DNA from: Nitrospirales bacterium
Lineage (GTDB): Bacteria; Nitrospirota; Nitrospiria; Nitrospirales; UBA8639
DNA: 64,000 nucleotides
NCBI GenBank assembly: GCA_965223295.1
Contig: CBDCWC010000003.1
Coordinates: 736,001 to 800,000 of the forward strand
Direction of reading: 5' to 3'
The notes beneath the pieces are model-generated. The model saw only the letters and a list, made by a program, of their open reading frames with translations. It had not been told where the DNA came from and ran no database searches. The stretch's first letter is position 1; the number at the start of each line of letters is the position of its first letter. The position numbers and the translations under genes were made by a program. Positions 50,938 to 60,772 of the stretch are shown piece by piece.

Positions 50938-51173
50938 CCCTTTCTTGTTTCCCATTTGCCCCATATGAGTAAAGTCCCTCCATCACACCAAACCCGGTTC
51001 ATCAGCCTTTCCTAGCCCAACGATTTCATCAGCCCCATCCTGAACCACACAACTCCCTATACTTTTTTAAGGAGGTTGGGTACATTCTTCCTAATAAGGA
51101 ATAGAGCCAGCCCGGGACTCATAGTCACTCCTGTTATCATCCCCATCCTTAATAAATGGAAGCTTAATTAGGT

Positions 51174-52841
51174 ATGAATGAAGAAGAACAAAAATTTCTT
51201 GCTGATCTCGATAAACGCCTGTGGAACGCGGCTGACAGGCTACGCGCGAATGTGGATGCGGCGGTCTATAAACATGTCGTTCTCGGGTTAATCTTCCTGA
51301 AATATGTATCGGACTCACTTAAGGAACGGCGGGCGGAATTAGAAGCCCATTTTCGCGACCCAAAGCACGACTACTTCCTGGGAAAAGATGCGGACGAGCT
51401 CATTCCGCAGGAACTCGAAGCGCGCGATTATTACCTTGAAAAGAATGTCTTTTGGGTACCGGCACTTGCACGGTGGGACTTCATCCAAGCCAACGCCACG
51501 GTTGCCCTTGGAACAAAGCTGAAAGTCAAAAACGGCAAGACCAACATCTATGAATTTAAAGGTATTGGCCGTCTGTTGGATGATGCGCTCGATGCCGTTG
51601 AGAAAGAAAACCCAAAACTCAAAGGGATATTAGAAAAAGACTACGCTCGCAAACAGATTGATGCTGCCCTTCCTGGCCTCATCAACGAAGTCATTGCCAC
51701 CATTCCTTTCCACCATCGCACACTCAAATCAAAGGATATTCTCGGCCACGTGTATGAATACTTCCTCGGTGAATTTGCCATTGCAGAAGGGAAGAAAGGC
51801 GGACAGTACTACACACCAAAGAGCATCGTTACACTCATCGTCGAAATGCTAGAACCCTATAAAGGACGTGTCTATGACCCGTGCTGTGGTTCCGGCGGAT
51901 TCTTCGTGCAGTCGGAAAAGTTCGTGGAAGAGCACGGCGGGCGCATTGGTCAAATCTCTGTGTATGGGCAGGAATCCAACCCCACCACCTGGCGCTTGGC
52001 TTCCATGAACATGGCCATCCGCGGTATGGATTTTGATTTTGGCAAAGAACCAGCCAACACCTTCTCGCGTGACTTGCATCCGGATCTCCGTGCCGACTTT
52101 ATCATGGCGAATCCTCCGTTCAACATGAAGGAATGGAACACCGGTGTTCGAGACGACGACCCACGGTGGAAATACGGCATTCCTCCGAATGGCAACGCCA
52201 ACTTTGCCTGGATGCAGCACATGGTGTATCACCTAGCGCCTAACGGCAGCTTGGGTCTCTTGCTCGCCAACGGATCCATGAGCAGCAATACCAACAACGA
52301 AGGTGAGATTCGCAAGGCACTCATCGAAGCTGACCTTATCAAATGTATGGTCGCTCTCCCCGGTCAACTGTTCACGAACACACAGATTCCGGCGTGCATT
52401 TGGTTTCTTACACGCAGCAAGGTTGCCAGAAATGGCTGGCGTGATCGTAAAGGCGAAACGCTGTTCATCGATGCCCGCAATCTCGGCTACATGAAAGACC
52501 GAGTACTGCGGGACTTTGCACCAGATGACATTCGGAAGATTGCCGACACCTTCTATTCATGGAGATCAGATTCTCGTCATTCCCGCGGAGGCGGGAATCC
52601 AGGTTTGTATGAAGATGTTCCTGGATTCTGTAAATCCGCAAACCTAGACGACATTAAAAAGCACGATTACGTGCTCACCCCAGGCCGGTATGTCGGCGCG
52701 GCAGCTCAGGAAGAAGACAGCGAGCCGTTTGAAGACAAGATGGCCAAGCTAACAACCCAATTAAATGAGCAATTCGAAGAGAGCACACAACTGGAAGCGG
52801 TGATCAGGGAGAACTTAGAGAGGCTGGGTTTTCGTGTGTAA
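51174..52841 (+). CDS. hsdM: Type I R-M methyltransferase subunit
   Basis: LWNAADRLR, GQYYTP, DPCCGSGG (motif I), ANPPFN (motif IV), LTPGRYVG. Confidence 0.95.
   Translation: MNEEEQKFLADLDKRLWNAADRLRANVDAAVYKHVVLGLIFLKYVSDSLKERRAELEAHFRDPKHDYFLGKDADELIPQELEARDYYLEKNVFWVPALARWDFIQANATVALGTKLKVKNGKTNIYEFKGIGRLLDDALDAVEKENPKLKGILEKDYARKQIDAALPGLINEVIATIPFHHRTLKSKDILGHVYEYFLGEFAIAEGKKGGQYYTPKSIVTLIVEMLEPYKGRVYDPCCGSGGFFVQSEKFVEEHGGRIGQISVYGQESNPTTWRLASMNMAIRGMDFDFGKEPANTFSRDLHPDLRADFIMANPPFNMKEWNTGVRDDDPRWKYGIPPNGNANFAWMQHMVYHLAPNGSLGLLLANGSMSSNTNNEGEIRKALIEADLIKCMVALPGQLFTNTQIPACIWFLTRSKVARNGWRDRKGETLFIDARNLGYMKDRVLRDFAPDDIRKIADTFYSWRSDSRHSRGGGNPGLYEDVPGFCKSANLDDIKKHDYVLTPGRYVGAAAQEEDSEPFEDKMAKLTTQLNEQFEESTQLEAVIRENLERLGFRV
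52576..52602 (+). repeat. dRS3/RPE-like palindrome inside the hsdM reading frame
   Basis: GTCATTCCCGCGGAGGCGGGAATCCAG encoding RHSRGGGNP. Confidence 0.75.
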
Positions 52842-54114
52842 TTCTTTGAATGTTAAAGACCATGGGACAGGATGGTCACACTCTCCAATCGGCGATCAAT
52901 TAGAAACTATCATTGACTACCGAGGAAAGACCCCACCTAAGTCAGAATCCGGGATCCCAACGATAACTGCGGCGAACGTTAAGAGTGGGCGCATTGATCT
53001 AAGTACTATCTCCTTTGTATCAGATGAAACTTACAAACGCTGGACAACGCGTGGACTCCCAAGCTCTGGTGACGTCTTAATCACTACCGAGGCACCTGTT
53101 GGGGAGATTGCCCCATTCCCAGGCGATAAGACTTATTTGATTACGCGTCGCGTTATAGCCCTTCGTGGAAAGAAAGGGCAACTCGACAATCGTTTTCTAC
53201 TTTATGCCTTGATGTCTCCGCTTGCTCAAGAATATTTAGTCTCACGCACCCGAGGATCAACCGTACCCCGCATTCTAAAGCCAGACATCCTCGGAATGAA
53301 GATTCCGATTCCACCCTTCCAGGAACAACGCGCCATCGCCCACATCCTCGGAACGTTCGATGATAAGATCGAGCTCAACCGGCGTATGAACGAAACGCTG
53401 GAAGCCATCGCGCGCGCGATCTTTAAGTCTTGGTTCGTCGACTTCCTGCCTGTGCGCGCCAAAGCCAGCGGCGAACCATCCGACTCCATCTGCCGCCGCC
53501 TCGGCCTTACCCCCGACCTCCTCGCCCTCTTCCCCGGCCGTTTCCAAGACTCCGAACTCGGTGAGATTCCAAAAGGATGGGTACAAAAGCGCGTAGATGA
53601 CCTTTTGAAACTTTCTTATGGCAAAGCACTCAAGGCGAGCGATCGCATCGAAGGGCAAGTGCCGGTTTATGGGTCAGGCGGGATAACAGCGTTCCACAAT
53701 GTACATCTCGTAGATGGCCCAGGAATTATCGTTGGCCGTAAGGGCACCGTCGACAGCCTCTATTGGGAAGACCAACCATTCTATCCAATCGACACAGTTT
53801 TTTACGTGGTGCCCAAGGTTGAACTCACCTTTTGTTTTTATCTTTTGCAGACCCTTAAGCTTGACCAAATGAATACGGATGCGGCGGTACCCGGTCTTAA
53901 TAGAAACAATGTCTACCGTTTGCCGCTTGCTTGGGCACCGGGCAAATTGCGATCGGCCTTTGATGAGGTTGTGAAGCCATTACGCAGTCACAAATTTTCC
54001 AACACGCAACAGTCGGAAATACTAACAAAGATCCGCAACACCCTCCTCCCCAAACTCCTCTCTGGCGAACTACGTGTGTCTACGACTGAAAAACCCCAGG
54101 AAGTCGTCACATGA
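52834..54114 (+). CDS. hsdS: Type I R-M specificity subunit
   Basis: Two TRDs separated by PPFQEQRAIAHILGTFDDKIELNRRMNETLEAIARAIFKSWFVDF; ends LLPKLLSGELRV. Confidence 0.93.
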   Translation: MCNSLNVKDHGTGWSHSPIGDQLETIIDYRGKTPPKSESGIPTITAANVKSGRIDLSTISFVSDETYKRWTTRGLPSSGDVLITTEAPVGEIAPFPGDKTYLITRRVIALRGKKGQLDNRFLLYALMSPLAQEYLVSRTRGSTVPRILKPDILGMKIPIPPFQEQRAIAHILGTFDDKIELNRRMNETLEAIARAIFKSWFVDFLPVRAKASGEPSDSICRRLGLTPDLLALFPGRFQDSELGEIPKGWVQKRVDDLLKLSYGKALKASDRIEGQVPVYGSGGITAFHNVHLVDGPGIIVGRKGTVDSLYWEDQPFYPIDTVFYVVPKVELTFCFYLLQTLKLDQMNTDAAVPGLNRNNVYRLPLAWAPGKLRSAFDEVVKPLRSHKFSNTQQSEILTKIRNTLLPKLLSGELRVSTTEKPQEVVT

Positions 54115-55130
54115 AACTGCCCTCCACAAATCTTGGGGGAGGCGAAGTTCTCCTTTACGAAGCCCCGGATGGGGAGGTTCGAGTTGATGTCCGGTTAGAG
54201 GAGGAGACAGTTTGGTTGTCCCTGACTCAGATGGCGGAGCTCTTTGAACGTGATAAGTCCGTGATTTCACGGCATTTACGCAACGTGTTTGCCACCGGAG
54301 AACTAGAGCGGGAGGCAACTGTTGCAAAAAATGCAACAGTTCAAGCTGAGGGGGACCGCGAAGTCGTACGGACAATCGAGTACTTTAACCTCGACGCTAT
54401 CCTCTCTGTTGGCTATCGTGTCAACTCTAAACGCGGCACCCAATTCCGTATCTGGGCGACACGAACGCTCAAAGACCATCTAGTCCTTGGCTACACGCTC
54501 AATCGGCAGCGCTTCGAACGTAATGCCCGCGAGCTGGAAGCGGCGTTGGCTCTGGTACGTAAGGCCGCTACCGGGGAGGCACTCACCACGGACCAAGGCC
54601 GTGGCTTGGTGAATCTCATTGCTCGGTACACTCAGACCTTTCTGTTGTTGCAGCGCTACGACGAAGGGTTGCTGACGGAACCGAAGGGGACAGCGGGCGG
54701 CGTGTTGCTGGACCCAGGCGACGCTCGCGCTGCCATCACTCAGCTGAAACAAGAGTTGATGACGCGCGGCGAGGCTTCCGATCTTTTTGGATTTGAGCGG
54801 GAAGACGGTCTGGCTGCAATACTCGGCAATTTGGATCAAAGCGTCTTTGGCGAACCAGCGTACCCGACAATTGAATCTAAAGCCGCCCATCTACTCTATT
54901 TTGTGATCAAAAATCATCCTTTTGCCGATGGAAATAAACGCATTGGTTCTTTCCTCTTCGTGGATTTCCTGCATCGCAATGGACGACTGTTTCGAGATGA
55001 AGAAGCTGTCATCAACGATGTGGGGCTAGCCGCTCTAACTCTCCTCATCGCAGAATCTGCACCTAAAGATATGGCTGTCATGATTCGTTTGATCATGAAC
55101 ATGTTGGTCGGTGAGGCTCATGATTTCTGA
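54111..55130 (+). CDS. RhuM-family N-terminal domain fused to a Fic/Doc domain
   Basis: TVWLSLTQMAELF, ILSVGYRVNSKRGTQFRIWAT; Fic motif HPFADGNKRIG. Confidence 0.88.
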   Translation: MKLPSTNLGGGEVLLYEAPDGEVRVDVRLEEETVWLSLTQMAELFERDKSVISRHLRNVFATGELEREATVAKNATVQAEGDREVVRTIEYFNLDAILSVGYRVNSKRGTQFRIWATRTLKDHLVLGYTLNRQRFERNARELEAALALVRKAATGEALTTDQGRGLVNLIARYTQTFLLLQRYDEGLLTEPKGTAGGVLLDPGDARAAITQLKQELMTRGEASDLFGFEREDGLAAILGNLDQSVFGEPAYPTIESKAAHLLYFVIKNHPFADGNKRIGSFLFVDFLHRNGRLFRDEEAVINDVGLAALTLLIAESAPKDMAVMIRLIMNMLVGEAHDF

Positions 55131-58100
55131 AGATCAACTTGAACAACTCTGCCTGACGTGGTTCCAGGATTCTGGATGGGAGTACCGCCACGGTCCTGAT
55201 CTTGCCCCGGATGGAGATACGCCCGAGCGAATCAACTTCCGTCAGGTGTTGCTGCAGGATCGACTGCATGAGGCGCTTCATCGATTGAATCCTGGTATGC
55301 CGGAACCGGCGTTGGAGGACGTGCTGCACCGGGTCACCAAAATCCATGAACCTGCATTGGTACAGAGCAACCGGCGATTTCACGAGGCCCTTCTTGATGG
55401 TATGCCCGTCGAGGTTGATCAAGAAGGTGAGAAACGTGGCGATCGGGTGCGGCTCATCGACTTAGAGTATCCCGAGAACAATCGGTTCTTGGTGGTGAAC
55501 CAATACACCGTGCAAGGCACGAAGCAGCCGCGTCGTCCCGACCTGGTGTGCTTTATCAATGGCCTGCCCATCGCAGTGATCGAACTTAAAAATCCCACTG
55601 ATGAACAGGCGGATATTTGGTCAGCATTTCATCAGCTCGAAACCTACAAGGCCGAGATCAGTGATTTGTTTCTTTTCAATGAGGCCTTGGTGATCTCGGA
55701 TGGGTTGCACGCGCGGATTGGTTCTCTCACGGCGGATCGGGAGCGCTTTCTTCCCTGGCGCACGATTCGGAGTGAGTCTGACCGTCCGTTACTCCAGTTC
55801 GAGCTAGAGAAGGTGGTGCGAGGATTTTTCGCACCAGATCTGCTGTTGGACTACCTTCGCTATTTTATTCTGTTCGAACAGGGTGATGATGGTCTCATCA
55901 AAAAGATTGCCGGATATCATCAGTTTCATGCCGTACGCGAGGCGGTAGGAGCCACGGTCACTGCTGCCACCCAACCGGATTCTGGCGTGGTAGCGGAGGA
56001 GCGGGCCACCTACGGGAAGATGGTGCAACCTGCCTCGCGTAAGGGTGGGATTGTGTGGCATACGCAGGGTTCCGGGAAGAGTATTTCAATGGTGTTCTTT
56101 ACGGGCAAGCTCATGCAGCAGCCTGAGATGCAAAACCCAACGGTTGTGGTGGTGACCGACCGAAACGATTTGGATGGGCAGCTTTTCCAGACCTTTACTG
56201 GCGCGCGAGCGTTGCTAAAGGAAACGCCACAACAAGCGGAAGGCCGTGAGCAATTGCGTGAGTTATTGGCCGGTCGGCCGTCAGGCGGCATTATCTTTAC
56301 GACGGTGCAGAAGTTCACACCTCTAAAGGATGAAGAGCAGTTTCCGCAACTCACAGATCGTGCGAATGTGGTGGTGATCGCCGATGAGGCGCATCGTTCC
56401 CAGTACGGATTCCGTGCGGTACTCGACAAGAAATCCGGCAAATACAAGTATGGCTTTGCCAAGCACCTGCGCGATGCGCTGCCCAACGCTACGTTTGTAG
56501 GGTTCACTGGCACGCCGGTTGAGCGAGACGACAAGGACACTCGTGGGGTCTTTGGCGACTACGTGAGCATCTATGACAATCAGGATGCCGTTGATGACAA
56601 CGCCACAGTCCCGATTTATTACGAAAGCCGACTCGCGAAGTTGGATGTGAACCAGGCTGCTATCGATCAACTCAATGCGGAAGTTGAGGAGATTTTCGAA
56701 GACGAAGAGGATGTTGCCCTTCGGGAAGCGGCCAAGACCAAGTGGGCGGCGCTAGAGAAGCTGGTCGGCGCTGAGCCGCGTATCCAGCAAGTCGCCGCTG
56801 ATATTGTGAAGCACTTCGAAGATCGCACGGCTGCGGTTGAAGGCAAGGGCATGATTGTGGCGATGAGTCGTGAAATCTGTGTGCAGCTTTATGATGCCCT
56901 CGTGGCATTGCGGCCACAGTGGCATAGTCCCGATCCCTCCCATGGGATGATCAAAGTCATCATGACCGGTTCCGCTTCGGATACGGAACTGTTGCGGCCC
57001 CATATCTACAATGCCACGACGAAGAAGCAACTCGAAAAACGATTCAAGAATCCCAAAGACCCGCTCAAGCTTGTGATTGTGCGCGATATGTGGCTGACCG
57101 GTTTTGATGTCCCCTGCCTCCATACCATGTATGTGGACAAGCCCATGCGCGACCACAACCTGATGCAGGCCATCGCGCGTGTAAATCGCGTTTTCCGGGA
57201 CAAGGAAGGTGGGCTGGTCGTGGACTATATCGGCATTGCTGCTGAACTTCGTCGCGCATTGAAGAATTACACAGAAAACCGAGGCAAAGGGCAGCCCATT
57301 CTCAATGCGGACGAGGCCCTTGCAAAACTAAAGGAATTGCTAGAAATCGCTCGAGGTCTTTTACATGGCTTTGACTATCGTGAGTACCGGACCAAGGCGA
57401 CCGATCTTTTGTTACCGACCGCGAACTTCGTGTTAAGCCTGGAAGACGGCAAGAAGCGCTGGTTTGATGTGGTGCTTGCTATCACCAAAGCCTTTTCCCT
57501 CTGCGGGACGCTGGATGAGGCGATTCCTTTGCGTGAGGAAATTGCCTTCTTTCAGGCCATCAAGAGCGTGATCGCGAAGGCCACGGAGACCGACAAGAAG
57601 CTTTCTGAAGATAAGAAGCATGCAGTCCTCAAGCATATCCTCGATAACGCGGTTGTCGCTGAGGGTGTTGAAGATGTCTTCAAGTTGGCAGGCCTGGAAC
57701 GGCCAGACATTGGCATCCTCTCTGACGCCTTCCTTGAAGAAGTTCGGCAATTGCCTCAGCGTAACTTTGCGGTGGAGCTCTTGCAAAAGTTGCTCAACGA
57801 CGAGATTAAATCGCGTAGCCGAACGAATGTGGTGTTGGAAAAGAAATTTAGCGATCGTCTCTTAGAGGCGTTGAATCGCTACCGCAACCGTGCCATTGAA
57901 AGCGCTCAAGTCATCGAAGAACTCATCTCCATGGCAAAGGAATTCCGCGAAGCTGTGAAACGCGGAGAAGAACTAGGCCTGAATATGTCGGAATATTCGT
58001 TTTATATGGCACTGGCCGACAACGAAAGCGCCGTGCGTGAACTTGGCGATGAGATTCTCAAGAAAATTGCCCACGAACTGACGGACAAACTGCGCAACAG

Positions 58101-58263
58101 TACAACCGTGGACTGGCAAAAACGCGAAAGCGTCCGCGCCCGATTACGGAATCTGGTGCGGATCACCTTACGTCGCTATAAATATCCGCCTGACAAACAG
58201 GAAGAGGCCATCAAGTTGGTACTCGACCAAGCGGAACGCTTGTCGGATGAGTGGAGTAAGTAA
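55120..58263 (+). CDS. hsdR: Type I R-M restriction endonuclease/translocase subunit
   Basis: RPDLV..ING.P..VIELK, HTQGSGKS, DEAH, GFTGTP, MWLTGFD, QAIARVNR. Confidence 0.95.
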   Translation: MISEDQLEQLCLTWFQDSGWEYRHGPDLAPDGDTPERINFRQVLLQDRLHEALHRLNPGMPEPALEDVLHRVTKIHEPALVQSNRRFHEALLDGMPVEVDQEGEKRGDRVRLIDLEYPENNRFLVVNQYTVQGTKQPRRPDLVCFINGLPIAVIELKNPTDEQADIWSAFHQLETYKAEISDLFLFNEALVISDGLHARIGSLTADRERFLPWRTIRSESDRPLLQFELEKVVRGFFAPDLLLDYLRYFILFEQGDDGLIKKIAGYHQFHAVREAVGATVTAATQPDSGVVAEERATYGKMVQPASRKGGIVWHTQGSGKSISMVFFTGKLMQQPEMQNPTVVVVTDRNDLDGQLFQTFTGARALLKETPQQAEGREQLRELLAGRPSGGIIFTTVQKFTPLKDEEQFPQLTDRANVVVIADEAHRSQYGFRAVLDKKSGKYKYGFAKHLRDALPNATFVGFTGTPVERDDKDTRGVFGDYVSIYDNQDAVDDNATVPIYYESRLAKLDVNQAAIDQLNAEVEEIFEDEEDVALREAAKTKWAALEKLVGAEPRIQQVAADIVKHFEDRTAAVEGKGMIVAMSREICVQLYDALVALRPQWHSPDPSHGMIKVIMTGSASDTELLRPHIYNATTKKQLEKRFKNPKDPLKLVIVRDMWLTGFDVPCLHTMYVDKPMRDHNLMQAIARVNRVFRDKEGGLVVDYIGIAAELRRALKNYTENRGKGQPILNADEALAKLKELLEIARGLLHGFDYREYRTKATDLLLPTANFVLSLEDGKKRWFDVVLAITKAFSLCGTLDEAIPLREEIAFFQAIKSVIAKATETDKKLSEDKKHAVLKHILDNAVVAEGVEDVFKLAGLERPDIGILSDAFLEEVRQLPQRNFAVELLQKLLNDEIKSRSRTNVVLEKKFSDRLLEALNRYRNRAIESAQVIEELISMAKEFREAVKRGEELGLNMSEYSFYMALADNESAVRELGDEILKKIAHELTDKLRNSTTVDWQKRESVRARLRNLVRITLRRYKYPPDKQEEAIKLVLDQAERLSDEWSK

Positions 58264-58385
58264 GTTTAGTTACGCTTCAAGCTCGGTTGGATAAGCACCA
58301 TGTCAATTTTCAACAAGAGATATCAGACTTTTGCTAGGTTTATTTCCAACCAAAAATCAAGGAATTGGCTGGTGACCATGCCAAG

Positions 58386-58514
58386 ATGAATACCATTATG
58401 GATGCAACTTTTGAACGCTACAAATTTCTCTCCGACGACAAGTTTCCATAGGTGGCTGCCAAACACCTCTTATGGCAAGATTACGATCCAATCCGTACCG
58501 AAAAAACTGTGTAG
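58386..58514 (+). pseudogene. Possible relic of the C-terminus of another type I HsdR
   Basis: ...FLSDDKFP*VAAKHLLWQDYDPIRTEKTV* resembles HsdR C-terminal ends; recognition by eye only. Confidence 0.3.
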
Positions 58515-58558
58515 GACAGGGGCTTGCTTCCTTTCTCTTTTTTTATTAGGGACTTATC

Positions 58559-58650
58559 GGGAAAACCATCTCTGATGGTTTTGGCCGTGCTGTTCGCCTA
58601 ACTGATGAGCGGATTGCTCATATCTGCAGCATCAGGATATAGCAGGAATG
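58559..58650 (+). pseudogene. Relic 5' end of a small toxin-like gene (R.IRLTDER..HI..H family)
   Basis: KTISDGFGRAVRLTDERIAHI, frameshift, then QHQDIAGM; no valid start codon; truncated. Confidence 0.45.
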
Positions 58651-58720
58651 AATTTTTCAGGATCTCTTTTGCCGCACTGGAACACAGCGCGTAACTCCTC
58701 ATCGGTTTACCAAAATTATG

Positions 58721-58853
58721 TTTTGCATACTTATACTATGCAAAATTAGACATAATTAAATTTCATGGCCATTCCTTTGAAATCTTTGATTACTGAATTA
58801 ATATCAAAATAGATTTGACAAATTACGAAATTGCATACATTATGTATGCAATT
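58721..58853 (+). promoter_or_regulatory. abiE promoter with two related inverted-repeat operators
   Basis: TTTTGCATA-N7-TATGCAAAA 58721-58745; AATTGCATACAT-T-ATGTATGCAATT 58829-58853; TTGACA 58815-58820. Confidence 0.75.
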
Positions 58854-58870
58854 ATATTACTTTTTAAACT

Positions 58871-59659
58871 ATGGGTAATACTTCGACAAACAGATCTCTG
58901 GATCGATTGCTACCTGAAGGGCAGTTGGTCAATCGTCAATGGTTCAAGGCAAGGGGCGTGGATCGCCCACTCGTAGACTTTTGGCTCCGCTCGGGAAAAC
59001 TTGAGGCCGTGTCACGTGGCCTCTACCGGCGTCCCGGACCTCCCTTAAAATGGGAGCAGGTTGTCTATTCTTTAAATGAGATCGGCATACCTATTCATGT
59101 CGGCGGGCGTAGTGCCTTAGAGCTTCAGGGTCTTGCGCATTATCTCCCGCTAAAAGGCATCACAACCATTTCTCTTTACACGACGACGTCCAAGGTGCCT
59201 TCCTGGATCCACTCCTATCCTGGTGATTTCACTCTGAAGGTTCATTCCCATCGTTTATTTAGAAGATTGCCGCAACTCGCAGTTCATTCAAGAGCGTTTG
59301 GATCTTGGGACTGGCCTATTCCGTATGCCACGATTGAATTGGCGTTGATAGAATTTTTGGTGAAGGTTCGTCATCCTGCTGATTTTGACTTGGCGGATAA
59401 GTTTTTTGAATCGGCGACTGTACTCCGACCCGCCTTAATTCAGGAGCTGTTGCTCGCCTGCACTCACGTACAGGCTAAACGGCTCTTTCTCTGGTTTGCC
59501 AATCGGCATCACCATCAATGGTTCGGAAAACTCGATCTTACAAAGGTTAATCTTGGTCGTGGCAAACGGGTAATCGTGAAGGAAGGATCGCTCGATACCC
59601 GTTATCACATTACCGTTCCTCGGACCATGGCACATGGAAACCACGAATCCGTATTTTGA
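58871..59659 (+). CDS. Type IV TA antitoxin, AbiEi family
   Basis: LPEGQLV, HVGGRSALELQGLAHYL, LRP..IQELL..C..V.AKRLFLW, LG.GKR. Confidence 0.88.
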   Translation: MGNTSTNRSLDRLLPEGQLVNRQWFKARGVDRPLVDFWLRSGKLEAVSRGLYRRPGPPLKWEQVVYSLNEIGIPIHVGGRSALELQGLAHYLPLKGITTISLYTTTSKVPSWIHSYPGDFTLKVHSHRLFRRLPQLAVHSRAFGSWDWPIPYATIELALIEFLVKVRHPADFDLADKFFESATVLRPALIQELLLACTHVQAKRLFLWFANRHHHQWFGKLDLTKVNLGRGKRVIVKEGSLDTRYHITVPRTMAHGNHESVF

Positions 59660-60551
59660 ACAAGTCCGGCTGCTTGTGACCCTGCTTCCGCATGTGTCGC
59701 GACACCCTTGTTTTGCCTTAAAAGGTGGGACGGCAATTAATTTGTTCATTCGGGACATGCCCCGTTTGTCTGTCGACATCGATCTCGCCTACTTGCCGGT
59801 TCAAGACCGTGACACTAGCCTAACAGCAATCGATCGGTCATTAAACGTTATTGGTGCGGACATCGAACGAGTCGTTCCACGTTCTGTTGTCCACAAGACG
59901 GTTCTAGAGGACACAGGGAACGTGTTTAAATTGCTTGTGCAGCAGGGAGAAGTCAGCGTCAAAGTGGAGGTGACACCGGTATTACGCGGCAGCGTGTACC
60001 CACCTACTGTAGGTGAACTCGTTCCATTGGCACAGGGCGAATTTGGCTATATACAGATGCCTCTCCTGAGCTTCGAGGATTTATATGCGGGAAAAGTGTG
60101 TGCGGCACTGGATCGCCAGCATCCACGTGATCTTTTCGATGTCTACTTTTTACTCGCCAACGAAGGCATAACCCCGAAGCTGAAGAATGCATTTCTTGTG
60201 TATGTAATCAGTCACAATCGCGCTATTACTGATTTGTTGGCTCCGTTACCTAAAGATATTGAACAAGTCTATCAATCGGAATTCGTAGGTATGGTCAACA
60301 AACCGATTGAGTTAGAATCGCTCTATGCTACACGCGAGGAATTGTTTAACACGATTCACCGCCTGTTGACAGATCAAGATCGACAGTTTCTTTTGAGTTT
60401 TAAACGTGGTGAACCCGAGTGGCATCTTTTGGACCTGGAGAGTGTTGACCAACTTCCGGCCGTTCGGTGGAAGCTACTGAATATTCAGCGCATGACACCC
60501 GCGAAACGCGAACAGGCTGTTGAACGTCTTCATCGCGTGTTATTCGGATAA
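59634..60551 (+). CDS. Type IV TA toxin, AbiEii/AbiGii nucleotidyltransferase
   Basis: FALKGGTAINLF..DMPRLSVDIDL, YAGKVCAALDRQHPRDLFD. Confidence 0.92.
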   Translation: METTNPYFEQVRLLVTLLPHVSRHPCFALKGGTAINLFIRDMPRLSVDIDLAYLPVQDRDTSLTAIDRSLNVIGADIERVVPRSVVHKTVLEDTGNVFKLLVQQGEVSVKVEVTPVLRGSVYPPTVGELVPLAQGEFGYIQMPLLSFEDLYAGKVCAALDRQHPRDLFDVYFLLANEGITPKLKNAFLVYVISHNRAITDLLAPLPKDIEQVYQSEFVGMVNKPIELESLYATREELFNTIHRLLTDQDRQFLLSFKRGEPEWHLLDLESVDQLPAVRWKLLNIQRMTPAKREQAVERLHRVLFG

Positions 60552-60556
60552 ACCAA

Positions 60557-60715
60557 ATGTCTGAATATCTTCACGTTGAAAAGGCCTTTCTGGATCAGCT
60601 TACCACTCTTGGGTGGACCATCATTGATCAGGGGAACGGCTTCATTCCTTCTGATCCGACTGCTAGCTTGCGCTGCAGTTATCACGAAGGTTGGGAGGCA
60701 AGTCTGGTTTTATAA
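60557..60715 (+). pseudogene. Truncated 5' fragment of a second, different type I HsdR
   Basis: MSEYLHVEKAFLDQLTTLGWTIIDQGNGFIPSDPTASLR matches the SE..VE..F..QL..LGW HsdR N-terminus pattern; stops after 52 codons. Confidence 0.6.
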
Positions 60716-60772
60716 CATCTAAGCTTGTATATGCCTGAAGCATGGCCAGACTGTTGCGTGCGGAGTCAGTTT

